Made by a program: the position numbers and the translations under genes. A stretch of DNA of 63,328 bases, filler included, from Choristocarpus tenellus KU-1152 (lineage: Eukaryota; Protista; Phaeophyceae), in assembly GCA_964200185.2 (NCBI GenBank). It is 9 parts of 9 records of this genome, joined end to end, with 100 filler letters (N's around TTAATTAATTAA, not from the genome) between each part and the next. Parts side by side here need not be neighbours in the genome. Positions count along the whole stretch, not along the records: positions 16,315 to 36,735 come from CAXNAD020000397.1; 8 more parts are not named here. One strand, given 5' to 3'. The notes under the pieces are model-generated. The model saw only the letters and a program-made list of their open reading frames with translations. It was not told where the DNA came from and searched no databases. Positions 24,401-36,835 of the stretch are shown one piece after another; positions within the stretch are counted from its first letter, which is position 1, and each line of letters starts with the position of its first letter.

Positions 24401-27400
24401 TCATACATGAAATCGTATCTCATATTGCGCAGTAGTGTGTACCTTAATGATCCTATCAGATTACTCAAAGTCTGCCGATGAGTAAAAAGTTGTACTACAG
24501 TAGAACATAGTCTACTTAAAAGTACAGACAAATAATATACACTGCACTTATTCTGATGAGTATTGATGAGTGCTGAATGATGACAGACTTCCACATCTCA
24601 CACTATAATAACCAGGCCTTGGTCATGAACTGGTCCAGACACACTCTGGCAGAACCGGACCGGTCATGTCAGAACATACTTCACCCAGGGTAGCCAATGC
24701 CCTGGTCTGGTTTACAATCTCGATGGCTCACAGTTCTCAAACCCTCAATGACTCCAGTCCAACCCTGCTAAGACATATTTCAACTGGGTCAGTCCTCAAC
24801 CCAGTCCGTTACACTCTTTGACGAACTTGGACTGGTCCCATTCAATATATTTCACATAGACCACACCCTGGGTCCAGTCTCCTCACATTTACCCGGTCCA
24901 GTAAAAAGTCCTAGTAAATGGCAATATTGCAGGAGATAGTTTGTCTTGTTCATATCCCTCGCATCCAGACATTTGAAATGCTACTCTACATACAGTGGTA
25001 CACCCCTGAGATAGATGTGTAATGAAATACTTCAAAGTGTACCATTCATGTAGCGGTCCTCGAGGTGAAAAGTGGTGAGAATTGCAACACCACAAGAGAG
25101 CACAGCCCAGATGTAGAAACACCACACTTCCTTGTAAAGCTGGGACTACTTACTTGTAATGATTCAAAAGCCTCAATTCTCTTTTTCCAGAATAATCCAC
25201 CAGGATGTACATTAACCCAACACTTGTCCAACGTTTACCCTTCATCAGCAATTGAAATTTCATCTTCTCCTCTCAGTCGCACCCGTCTTTTTACACCCAG
25301 CTCCCACTTCCACAACTAGCACGGCTCTGGCTTTTTGAGCTTGTGTATGGTGGCAGTTCTTGCAAGTTGAAATGATGAGAACCACAGAGGTGCACTGAGA
25401 GTATAGGGTACGATGGACGGGTGGCAAGGCATGTGCATCTCTTGAGGAATACAAACCTCCGCCTCCACATTACACAGGCATGCCATCCCTTAGAGGGCTG
25501 TGTAGAAGTATACTTTATTCTGCCTATGTTGCATGCGTTGTTAGAAGCATCAAACACTGCTTCCTCTGTTCAGCAACACTTCAAACAGTTTGGGGGATGA
25601 CGTAAAATACTGTATCAGGAAGGTGTTTCTTGCAGCTTTACAGCAGGCGGCATAGAGTAGGTAGACTAAGTCCGATTTCACCGATATCATAGGGTTCCGT
25701 AACCTCACTGTGAGTTTTGTAAGACCTCCACAAAAGACGATGAAAACTTGATACCATAATTTGCGTATATAGCCTGCCCCGCAAACTGTTTGGACCAATG
25801 CTTAACAGAGGAAGTACATGACAGTTTCATGCCGATAGATCAAACAGAGAAAGGGTACCACACCATACACGAATATATATTGGTAGGATGAAGATAGAAG
25901 AGCATCAGATGACTTAGCATAATATCCAGCCGAGGACATAAATCATTGAATGAGGACAAGACACACAGAAGGATAACACTTCACTGCTGCCAAAAGGTAC
26001 ACTATCAGCACTTCAGCAACAAGCTCCATATCACACAAGCTCTCAAAGGGCTGATGCTGTAGGCCTGCAATGGAGATGTTAGTCTACGATAGTGCTTACA
26101 CAATTCTCCCTCCCTCTGAATGTTCCCTTCACCAACTGCAGGCGAATCGTTTTGACTACAGACTACCAAATACAATTAACACCAACTGTAGGCAAATCGT
26201 TTTGACTACAAACTACCAAACACAAATAATGCCTTCTAAGCAAGACTGTACAAACATATTCTACCTGTATCTTGATCTGTAGTTGGCATTAAACTGCACA
26301 AAAATGAGGTTTGAACACTTGACTGGCAGTGGCATCATTATATCAATGCATGGGTGAGAGAAACAACAAAAAAAGCCAAGGTGTATCAAGCATATGCACA
26401 AGATACCCTTCCCACAACATCTTTCACCCTCCCATATAACAATCTTTCTCTTCCAGTTACTCACAATCCTCGCCTCTGCCGGAGACTCGCTGCGTGCCAC
26501 ATTGTTCTCCAGGGTGTAAAACTCCTCTGCATCAACAGCAGCAGTCACCAGGTGGAATACTGCATCATATCTCTCATCTCGTAGTGTGAGCTCATCTAGT
26601 CCATTTGCCTGAGTCTAGGATAAGGGAGGCCACGAGGATATATCTCAAACACATCCCAGGTCTTACAAAGTTGCAAGGAAAAAACAAATGGAAAGGGACC
26701 TCAGTCACTCGCGAAATTGTGATCCCGTTTTCCCCTCTCCCATCCTCTGGGTCAAACAATACACATACCCAATTCGTAGCATAAATATCTGAAAGGGTCT
26801 CCCTTGATCGGGAAGAGTGTATGGACGGTATTGATCACTGAAGCAGCATTGCTTATCAGTGGCATGCTCCCGAATTGCTACCATCATGAACAGGGTGCAA
26901 GAAATTACAGAGTATGTTGGCAGGAACTCCGTGAGCAACACGAAGCAACATGAATCCCACTCAATCGAACGCAGGCCGTAGCTTGACACACCATCATGCT
27001 CCCCCCCTCGCGGCCCCATACCAGTTGCTCACCAAACGGTCCCAATCTTCACGATCGATGTAGGCCGCCCCGTCCATGAGACCGCGGTCACAGAGGAGGA
27101 CAGAAGGCTTCCCTGTGGCTCTTGCCACCCTCTCGAAACTGTCCTCCAGCTGCATCTGCGTTCTTCGTCGAGAGCCAATGAAGTCAAAAGAATGCATCTA
27201 GTTGAACTCTTCAAGGGTGATAATACCTTTGCAATCGCAGGGTATTGGCAAGGCAAATGTGCTAAATCTGGGGAGTGGGGGAGTTGAGCAAGGGTGCTTG
27301 CTACTGACGTATTGAGAGATCAGGGATATATGAGACCAATGACAAAACGTCGGTCAAGGGAAAAGCGATAGCCGCATTAGTTCTCATCAAATATCAATGG

Positions 27401-27972
27401 AAACTGTGAACAGATCAGCTGGAAATTGTCATGCCTTGACTCCAGTAACAACCATTCTGACAAGAGGTCATACATGGCCAAGCCTTCCTCACACCCCGGT
27501 CGAAGACCCATTTCCATACGATAGTGAGATGGCGACTTACCTTAAAAGGCTCCACTGGAAAGAAAACTTAAAAAGTGGGTCGCTTAGCTCTAGGTAGCTG
27601 ATACCATTATTGAAGAGGAGCGTGGCCACTTCCGGAACGGTGAACACACGGAACCTGAGTCATCATCAGTGCGGCAACACAATCACCAAAGTTCAAGGAA
27701 ATTGTATAATGCTAGGGAAAGCCAGTCCTTGCTCACATGTTGATATGTCAACATTTATATGACACGCACCCCTTGTCTTTAAAATGAGCGCTTACGCTAT
27801 CCATTGCAGTGGTCTTTCCAGCACAAGGACCACCAGTCATGACAAACTTGAGCAGAGCAGGTTGAGGTGCAACGTCTGAAGATTCAGTGCCCTTAACCTT
27901 GACATAGCGACCAGGCAAAGATCGTGCGATAAGCAAGGGGTCCAACGAGTTGGTCGAGGGGTTTTCCATCAT
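21431..27972 (-). CDS. Ttd14/NadR-like AAA (P-loop) protein with a CYTH-like C-terminal domain, 8 exons, apparently complete
   Basis: Exons 27770-27972 (KFVMTGGPCAGKTT), 27541-27654 (FRVFTVPEVATLLF), 27033-27162 (LLCDRGLMDGAAY), 26465-26614 (RYDAVFHLVTAA...NNVARSESPAEAR), 23777-24007 (WMGHPLHFLFDNSTGFSEKIQR), 23129-23249, 22525-22766 and 21431-21550 (LPPFLSI...AYQLS, stop). Phases are consistent throughout. Confidence 0.88.
24070..24900. repeat. Degenerate intronic repeat of about 75-80 bp in two blocks (24070-24335 and 24600-24900)
   Basis: Recurring core AAGACATA(T/C)TTCAC and GGTCCAGTTTACAATCTC; about six diverged units separated by an unrelated AT-richer segment. Confidence 0.7.
24990..25800 (-). 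mobile_element. Possible highly degenerate PIF/Harbinger-type transposase remnant in an intron
   Basis: Weak motifs only: NTFLIQYFTSSPKLFEVLL (cf. FRRRFRM....F..L) and WKKRIEAFESLQ (cf. RKDVERAFGVLQ). Many disablements. Confidence 0.3.
26131..26230. repeat. Tandem duplication of about 50 bp in an intron
   Basis: ACCAACTG(C/T)AGGC(G/A)AATCGTTTTGACTACA(G/A)ACTACCAAA occurs twice in succession. Confidence 0.85.
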
Positions 27973-28216
27973 AGATGAAGGTTCCCCCTAGCAATCCACA
28001 GTATGTGTTACACTTTGCTTACATCAAACCTCGTTTTCCAAAGGTCGAATACAAAAACTTTCAATATTATTTGACTTTTAAGATATGGGGAGTATTGTAT
28101 CATTTACTCCATCTTAAGGAACAAGGTGGGTGCCCCGATTTTGTTCACCCATGCGCATGCCCGAAAAAAGCGATACACAATTGATGTAGTACATTATCGT
28201 TTTTAAAAAAAAACAG

Positions 28217-28523
28217 GAAATCAATCGTCGAATCGACTAGCAATCGTGGCATTCGTGGGAAATCAATTGTGGAATCGAGTAATTAATCGTGGCATTCCTG
28301 GGAAATCAATCGTGGAATCGAGTAATTAATCGTGGTGAGCTGGGAAATCAATCGTCGAAGCGACTGATTAATCGGGGTGAGCTTGAAAATCAATCGTCGA
28401 AGCGACCAATTAATCGTGGCGAGCTTGAAAATCAATCGTGGTGAGCTGGGAAATCAATCGTCGAAGCGACCAATTAATCGTGGCGAGCTTGAAAATCAAT
28501 CGTGGTGAGCTGGGAAATCAATC
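28217..28523. repeat. CpG-rich minisatellite with a 42-bp unit built from 20- and 22-bp subunits
   Basis: Units such as GAAATCAATCGTCGAAGCGACCAATTAATCGTGGCGAGCTTG: six full units plus two 22-bp half units, with the final 64-bp block duplicated. Confidence 0.92.
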
Positions 28524-29108
28524 ATAGGCTTCATGGATAGGATGGAAACGATTACTGTGCAAATTACCTTGGGAGGTAATGCTATTTCTCAGTAGTGAAG
28601 ATAAGAGGGTGTGAAGCCTCACACGACCCCTTTCTTTGCTAGACGTGAAAAAGAATGGATGGTTGAAATTAGTAGAGTGACCTTTGTGGGGTCTCTTCTC
28701 ATTGCTTGTTTTATTATTATTTGTGCTTCCTACAGAAGTCAACAATTAAATCAAAGTAGTTGAATTCAAATCAACAAAACCTATAAATATTCCATTCATA
28801 ATTTTGATGTACTTTCTCATTAGTTACATCACATGGATTCAATTCAAAATGGCTATCTCTCATACACAAAACAAGGTACACCTCACTATTGTCCTATTTT
28901 GCACACTCCCCCATTAGAATGCAGGCAATGAAAGGGTTGCTGGAACTCTCAAACCTAAAACATTTTATTGTGCACACTCCCATTCTGCACACTTCCCCAT
29001 AAAAAATGGAATTAAAAGACATCAGATTGGTTCAATTTCACACATATCACATTTGTCTTGTTAACGCATTAAAAGAACGCAGATTATTTCAAGTTGAACA
29101 CACGACAT

Positions 29109-29863
29109 TCATCTAGTCAACACAGTGTCTACAAAGTCTTCTACCTGCTTCTTGCGTAATCTTTTGGTCAAGATGTCTGCAAGTTGAAGTGCCGTGGGAA
29201 TATATTTTACTGTAAAAAATCCTTTGCTAACATACTCCCTCATGCATTTTAGTTTAATATCTACATGCCTTGTCCGTCCATTGAAACCTTCGTTTATCGT
29301 TGCTTGTATCGCTCCTCGATTGTCTCCATACCAAACCGTGAGCCCTTTGAGTATGCCCAGCTCCCCCAGGATGCCTCTGAGGAAGAATATTGCATGCCTC
29401 ATTCCATGCACCATCGCTGTCCATTCCGCCTCTGATGAAGATGTGGTTACAGCTCCCTGCATCTTGGATTTCCATGCAACAGGTGCTCCATTGATGAGTA
29501 TTAGATACCCTGTCACGCTTCGCCTTGATGCAGTGTCATTGCCCCAGTCTGAGTCTCCATACCCGACCAGGCCCCCATTGTCCATTTCACCACCAGCAGG
29601 ATAGTGTATCCCTACCTTCGTGGTGCCCGATAGGTATCGTAGAACATGTTGCAGCCCTTTCCAGTGTCGATCACATGGAGATGCTGCATATCTTCCCAGC
29701 TCCCGCACACTGTTGGATATGTCTGGTCGTGTCATCCCGGCTAGGAACATAAGTTTCCCCAGGATGGTGCGGTAGGTTTGTGCCTCTGGTCCAGCTCTTC
29801 CTCGTCAGTTCTTCTTGCTGTCAGGTCCATTCCCGGGTTTAGAGGTGATGAGGTATTCCGTAC
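29109..29863 (-). mobile_element. Ty1/copia LTR retrotransposon pol fragment (RT C-terminus and RNase H), frameshifted
   Basis: YRTILGKLMFLAGMTRPDISNSV...YGDSDWG...RRSVTGY...SSSEAEW...YGDNRGAI...RTRHVDIK...QLADILTK. Frameshift near 29775; cut off at 29863 by a MITE. A purine-rich tract followed by TG near 28905-28915 may start a 3' LTR. Confidence 0.93.
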
Positions 29864-30121
29864 GAGCCAAAGTATCTTAGAGGGTACAGCCGAGTCCATT
29901 TGGGGACCAAAATCCAATGTTGCAATTTTGATGTAATTTTGACTATCATGTTTGTTAGGAGATGTCAATATTCTTGTCTGGACACTCCTTTTCATAATGT
30001 ATACACTTTACCTACTCCGAAACATTTGGGAGGGGGAAAAATGTTAATAAAAACCCGTGGTAAGCCAAGCTCCACATGGACAAACAGGACAAAATTCGTA
30101 CCCTCTAAGATACTTCCACTC
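29864..30121. mobile_element. 258-bp MITE (TAGAGGGTAC subfamily)
   Basis: GAGCCAAAGTATCTTAGAGGGTAC ... GTACCCTCTAAGATACTTCCACTC; full-length reverse-complement homology to 42015-42273. The flanks (GTAC and ATAA) do not match. Confidence 0.9.
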
Positions 30122-30618
30122 ATAACGAGCCTTATCAGACCAGATTCCATAGTAATTTTTGATGCAGGAGAGGCGTAGAACCTTTATACAATGCAAGTAC
30201 AAGAGAATTGTAAGTAGTTTACCTCTAGAATAAGAGACAAAAACCTAACTAAATGGGAGTGAGTGCCAGGATGAGAGCAAGCACAGGGATGCAAACCCGA
30301 CGCCTAACCAAAGCCTCCTCTGCTCTCAAACCTTTGAATGATTGGTTCTTCATATGTCAAACCCCCCAAAAAGAGAGGCTGAGATCTGATATTAGAGAGG
30401 AATGTGGTATGTGTTACAGCATAGATTAGGGTGCAGCTGACTGAATCAAACACACATAGGGTTAGGGCTAGACTATCAAAGTTCACACCCACTGGGTCAG
30501 GAAAGGGGAGGGGAGGGGCCATCATATTTTGCGGTCCAAGAGACTGCTTCCTAGGATGACCGGGACTATCAAATTAACTCCAGTCAGAAGAAGTTATCAG
30601 TGAGTAAGGGTACAGATC

Positions 30619-31056
30619 TGTGCACTTGGTACCCAACAGACGTGACCTAAAGCACTATCAGTATCGCCTTAACAAGCGTACAGACGCACGATCTTGTTCA
30701 ACAACACATTTATTTGCAAGAGTGCAGATATGCACACTCCCTACCCTTGATTCCAATATTAAAAAACGGAACACAAACAATAGTACTCAAACAGACAAGC
30801 AGAACATATATATATATATATGAATAGATGTATAGATGTATGGAAGGTAATTCAGGGTACCAAGGTGTCTTAGCATAATAACCCACCCAAAACCTCAAAC
30901 ATACATTCCTAGAACACTCGGAACGGAGACTTTAGGTACTTCACAAGGGCTGTTTGTACTTTCTGGACATTGGATCAATAAAACCCAGTTCAAAAACCCA
31001 GTTCCATGGGTACATCAGTACTAGTACCAATACTAGTACCAGTACCAGATACAACA
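30619..31056 (-). mobile_element. Putative 438-bp solo LTR
   Basis: TG...CA termini flanked by AGATC and AGAAC (5-bp TSD with one mismatch); AATAAA on the minus strand near 30709-30714. Confidence 0.5.
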
Positions 31057-31203
31057 AGAACGCCTTCCTGATTTTGGGACCACTGCCAGATTGTGGTTGA
31101 TAGACTGCAATTGGTCAAGGTCAAACAGAGCCTATGTTTCATGAATACGATGGCCACCATGCTGCCACCTATCCTCTTAACAACCTTATGTTTTTTTTCC
31201 GGT

Positions 31204-34200
31204 TCACATATAGAGAGAGAGCTGTGGGGGGGGGTTGTGGGAGGCCTCCCTGTCCATCATTTCAACAAGGCTGTTGTGGATAGCTTGTTGTTGTTCAAAG
31301 GTTGCTAGGACCTATACTTCATACGGGAATTGATTATGACCACCCCATTCTGATTCATCCTGTCCGAAAATCCTCCAATAGCTTGCTCACATCTGATACC
31401 TTGGCCTAGATAGTGTACTTCTTATCCACTAAGCAGACGCAAATGATTTTTCTAAAATGGCGGTAAAGACTGGACACACACTATACATCTCGTGAGGTCA
31501 TGATCACAAAAGGTCTACATCTGTAGAACCAGGCAATTCAACCGAGGGCTTTGGATAACTGTACCGGTACGAAGTTCCTCCTTGACTTCAACTGCTGTAC
31601 CACTTGGACTGAACTGGCAGTACAGTGACCTAATGTACCACCTCCAAAAAATTAGAACTTGCCGCAAGTGGTAAAAGCTCAACAGGGTGAATGTGTGATC
31701 ACCTTTGCGTGCTCGCCTGCAGTCTTTTTGATAAATTGGAGGGATTATGCCGATCTCTATTGATATGATCAGCATTAGGGTCTTAAGCTATTGAGGCTAG
31801 AGCAAAACACGGACAAGAGACATTATTGATTTGTAATCCACCCGATTTATCAACAAAGCTGCAAGTACAGCATGCAAGGCAGTCTCCAAGTACCTGAAAA
31901 TACACCACCTCCTTGATACTTGTACAGCACCCCTTTGAATGACTGTGTACCACGTAGGTACAACATTGAACTTGAGTCACACCCTTTTGATTTAAGCTGT
32001 GCTTTGTGGTACTCTATGAGAAGAGACTCTGAACCACCTTCCTCAGATAGAGTTGCAGCTAAGGACAGTGCTAACTACACTCCACTTGAGAGGAAAAAGT
32101 AGACCATCAAACTTGCTTAAATTGAAAAGAAGAGCAGACCACATGAAAAAGGAAAATTCTCACCTCAACGACAACACTCTTCACTGCCAGGTGTGCCCGC
32201 TTGAACAACTGTATGAACAAATGACATACAACAATATGAACACACACACAGACACACAAACACACACACACAAACACACATTATTTTTCAAGATAAGAAA
32301 AATGTAGCAAAGAGGTAGGTAGGAGAGAGAGTACATAGTCTACTACTCTACTCTGAGTACGTAAGAGCAATCAGACCCTGTCAAAAGAAGAAAAATACTC
32401 AGAAAAAAAAAGTAAAGCACAGGGTTGAGAAGGGGCCAACGCCTTCTTTGTCTATAGAACAATACAAAATGAGTCATTCCATGAGAAAAAAGGCACAACT
32501 GGACAAAAGGTGTGACAACAAAAGGTGTAAGTAAATTGAGTAGCAATGGAAAAAAAAAAACTAATCCACAACAACAAGAACGAGCTCTAAGATGCACAAA
32601 CACGTACACATGAAGACGTAACAAAGCACCCCCACCACAGGGCAAGGCAAAACTTCAAGTGTCGCACATGATCGGGTATCTGTTTCAGTGAGGTGCGGAA
32701 AAGTGTGAACCTTGGATAGGTACAAATGGGCCTACATAGCATGTTCTTATCTGTAACTGCCATGATATTTTCTAAGAAAAACGCCTTTTTCGCTTTCTAC
32801 ACCGTATAGATCAGAGGGCTACTCCTTGATAAGACATGCTACTATTGTAAGTGCCAATAAGAATGGTGTCATCATGGGAACAAGTACTCAAGTCAGTCAG
32901 TCAGCTAGCTCTATCTGCTCCTACTCGAGAGCAATAACTGACTCCATGGGAGTACCAGTGATGTCGGTTTCTTATTCCATTTTACAATAATATTACAATA
33001 CACATTACAATACATGGTAAAATGGTAACAACAAAATCCCAACAAAAACAGTGACTGGGGTGCACAAGCCAAGTCCCATGTTACCATCAATATGCATGTA
33101 TAGACACTAATGTATCACCCATGCAAAGTAACGGATCTATCACCTTAGGAACCTGTTCTGGACACTGCTGGATCCTCCTTACTCTTAGAGCAAGCCAGTC
33201 CACATTCCGAGGGGTCATACAAAGTACCTGTGAGAGTTTAATGAAGAGGGTGAGGGGCATACAAGGTATGGGTTAGGGTTAAAGGTGGCTTGGGGGGGGG
33301 GAACATCAGCAGCAAGTAGGTAAGCATGCAAAAAATCAGGATACAAAACACACTCAAACTAGCTAGTTGTATCAAGTGAACACCTTGGATTAAGTAGTTC
33401 GCCTAACCTATCCAAGTACAACACCTCCATTAGAATTTACGATAGTTTGGCTAAGCAGAGGGAGAGGGGGAGTCAGAGCCCTGTGACTTTGAGGCCGCCT
33501 CTGATGGATTTGTACATATATTGGCTAAGGCCATCCCTTACCCTAGGTGATGCAGGGAAAGCGCACCTTGTTCATAGGACTGCTGGATGATAAATCTACT
33601 GCTTGTATGCACTATTTCTTAGTACTATATACACACAAGATGAACCAAATTGTGCTTGAAAATGTCCCTAAACACAACTTTATCAGTGTCGAGTGATTTG
33701 TCACACCTTACCTTTGTCACAACTTCAGACATGCAGAGGTCCCAACCTTCCAAGAGGATTAAAACTACACAAGGTGTGATGCATCAATCCCCAAACAGCA
33801 GCAATATTTGACTAGCATATCGCATGAGATATCATCAAACTCTCTCAAGAGATAGATTATTAGCAGTAGACACTTACATATATAAATGGGAAAAAATAAC
33901 TATGCCAAAGTATTAATCTGCACTTCAGACTATCGGAGGGAGCTATTAGTATCGCTGGTATTTGTGGAAGGGTTAAATGTTCTTCATTATAGGATCAACA
34001 CACTTAACACATAAATTTAAATTTGATGTACTTCGGAATAAGGTCAATGCACTTCAATATATCTATTACCCTTTTACTTCAATAAAGGATCAACTTCATT
34101 CAATGTTGGTTCGATACAAACCTGCGGTTGAACATGGGTCCAACACACACCAATACAAAGTAAAAAGTATGTCAAGATAGGTGTGAAACAAGACTCGTGG

Positions 34201-36690
34201 TATGTAGAACTTGTACATCACCTCTGAGAGAGATGCCGCATTAAACTAGTTCTACGTAGAAAAAAAAGATGTAGTAAATGTCTTGACATTCAAGGAGCTC
34301 TTTTGTCGTATCGTTATACTGACAGATTTTGCACCTCCCAGATCACATACACAGCCTTCATTTGCAGGTGATATATATACCCATCTCCTGCTGTTAAAAA
34401 ATATCTCTCTATACAAAGATAGAGACAATAAAGGTAAACATGCAATGAATAATGCAACCCATTTCATATGACTCAGTGTGACACGCAATCAATTATATTA
34501 ACTCAATGTATCATTCAAGGCATCCCATTGGACAAATGCAACACACAAGACATTGCATTGGGGTCACTGCATCATTCACACAATCCAATTTGGACGAATG
34601 TGACATGCAAGCCATTCCATTGCAACAAACAGAAACAAAATAAAACCACATATCTTCAAAACAAAAGGAGCCAGTGGTAGGTTCCTGACCACCGCCAAGG
34701 ACTGACCTGCCCCCTGAAAGTAGACATAGTTGTTTCCAGGGCCCCCAGTATGGCAGCAGAGCTTCCCCCCTCCACAGTACGGTAGAGGTTAAGTTCCCTT
34801 CAATGAAATATTGCAATTGAATAACAAACATTAAGTGAAAAAGCATCCTTACTAGCTCAATCTAACACTAAGGCTTCTCATTGGTGAAAAATGTTGCTGC
34901 GTGAACCATGAAGCCATCCTACTACTTCATTTTGACACACATACTTTCCTATTGGCGTAGGCATTGCTCTGTTTGGAGGTATTGAGTGTGGGAGTGTGTG
35001 TGTGATACTATATGCAAAAATTAATTTCCTTTCAAGGACAGGCAGACAGACACAGAGGGACTAGCAAGACCAAAAACAAATAAAAGTCAACTCAATCAGG
35101 CGTTTGGGAATCCATCCGTGCGTTGTGAATCAGAAGAGGGAAGGAGTAATGCACATTCTAGAAATCAGCTCAGAAAGAAAAGATAACATACATACTACTG
35201 AGTACTTGCCAGTAACGAACTGTGCGTGCAGCAGACAAGGTGAGCAAGTATAAAGCAAACCACGCAGCACTAATACGCACGAGGAATTTTTTTTTTTCAA
35301 GTGATTGAAAGGTTTGAAATGTGGTCTTTATCGCACTTCAATCATTGAACAAAATGGTAGTAAAATAACCACATTGAATCATCATGATTCAATCACCATG
35401 ATTCGCAACACTAGCACTCCCACTTCTCAAGAGGGGAGGAACCACAGTATATTTTCTGATAGCCGTACCTAGAGTAGTAGAGGTCAACATTAGATTGCTG
35501 TCTAAAAACCTATTTATACTATTAAATAGCACCTAAATTATAAAGTAGCACTGACTCTGGAGTACTTTGAGAGATAATAGATGAGTCACACACTTCAATC
35601 ATGCATGCCACAGAACTGTTGTTGTGCAACACCAAATACAACTGGCACATAGATTCTGTTGATACATATGCACACACACATATATATACATATATTGAAG
35701 AATGGGACACAGATCAGGTACTTGTACAATATAGTCTGTACTACCAAAATAAGGCAGCATATGAACAATTGCAGCAGCAGCTAAAACCTAACCCCAGAAA
35801 AAAAGTATTTATGTATATATATATAGAGAGTAATATATTTGACATGTACAGTTAATGATGGCAAACCTATAGTTCAACATTTCAGTACAATCTCAAATAT
35901 GTAAATAGATAGAGATATATATTTGACACATGTAGCTAATGATGGCTAACCTACAATTCAACATTTCAGTACAATCCCAAACATATACATTGATAGAGAT
36001 ATATATATATTTGACATATGTAGCTAATGATAGCTAACCTACAATTCAACATTCCAGTACAATCCCAAACATATACATAGATAGAGATAAATATATTTGA
36101 TACATACATGTAGCTAATGATGGCTAACCTACAATTCAACATTCCAGTACAATCTCAAATATATACAAAGATAGAGAGAGATAAACATATTTGACACATA
36201 TAGTTAATGATGACTAACCTACAATTCAACATTCCAGTACAATCTCAAATATATACAAAAATAGAGAGAGAAAAATACACTTGACACATACAGTTAATGA
36301 TGACTAACCTACAATTCAACATTTCAGTACAATCCCAAACATATACATAGAGAAAAATACATTTGACACATACAGATAATGATGACTAACCTACAATTCA
36401 ACATTTCAGTACAATACCAAACATATACATAGATAGAGAGAGAAAAATACATTTGACACATATAGTTACTGATGACTAACCTACAATTCAACATTTCAGT
36501 ACAATCCCAAACATATACATAGAACTTTCAAGTACTTCAATCTACGTATGTTAATACCAACTGTGCATCACCTATCTGCCTGCCCCAAAGCCTCCAGACT
36601 AGCTTGAAGAATATCCATAACTCCATATATTGGTTGCACCTCCTCCACCTCCTCCACCTCCTCCACCACATCTCCTCCCCCCCCCCCCCC
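31204..36690 (-). CDS. 3' five exons of an uncharacterised gene
   Basis: Exons 36572 to about 36690 (...PIYGVMDILQASLEALGQADR), 34707-34797, 33144-33227 (VLCMTPRNVDWLALRV...), 32164-32208 and 31204-31311 (...NPPPQLSLYM*). All introns are GT-AG with matching phases and no internal stops. Confidence 0.7.
35834..36522. repeat. Intronic tandem array of 8 units of about 82-90 bp
   Basis: Conserved core AATGATGRCTAACCTACAATTCAACATTYCAGTACAATCYCAAAYATATAC, joined by length-variable AT/AG-rich linkers ending in TTTGACA. Confidence 0.95.
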
Positions 36691-36835
36691 CGTCCCCCCC
36701 CCTCCCCCCCCCGACACCCCCCCCTTTAGAGTATTNNNNNNNNNNNNNNNNNNNNNNNNNNNNNNNNNNNNNNNNNNNNTTAATTAATTAANNNNNNNNN
36801 NNNNNNNNNNNNNNNNNNNNNNNNNNNNNNNNNNN

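Noticed and set aside
28217-28523. CRISPR-like or coding interpretation of the 42-bp array
   Set aside because: No unique spacers, and no long open frame or splice context supports coding.
35834-36522. CRISPR-like or C/D snoRNA-like reading of the 8-unit array
   Set aside because: The linkers are homologous low-complexity sequence rather than unique spacers, and there are no cas genes. The ATGATGA motif is on the strand opposite the host gene and has no consistent CTGA D box.
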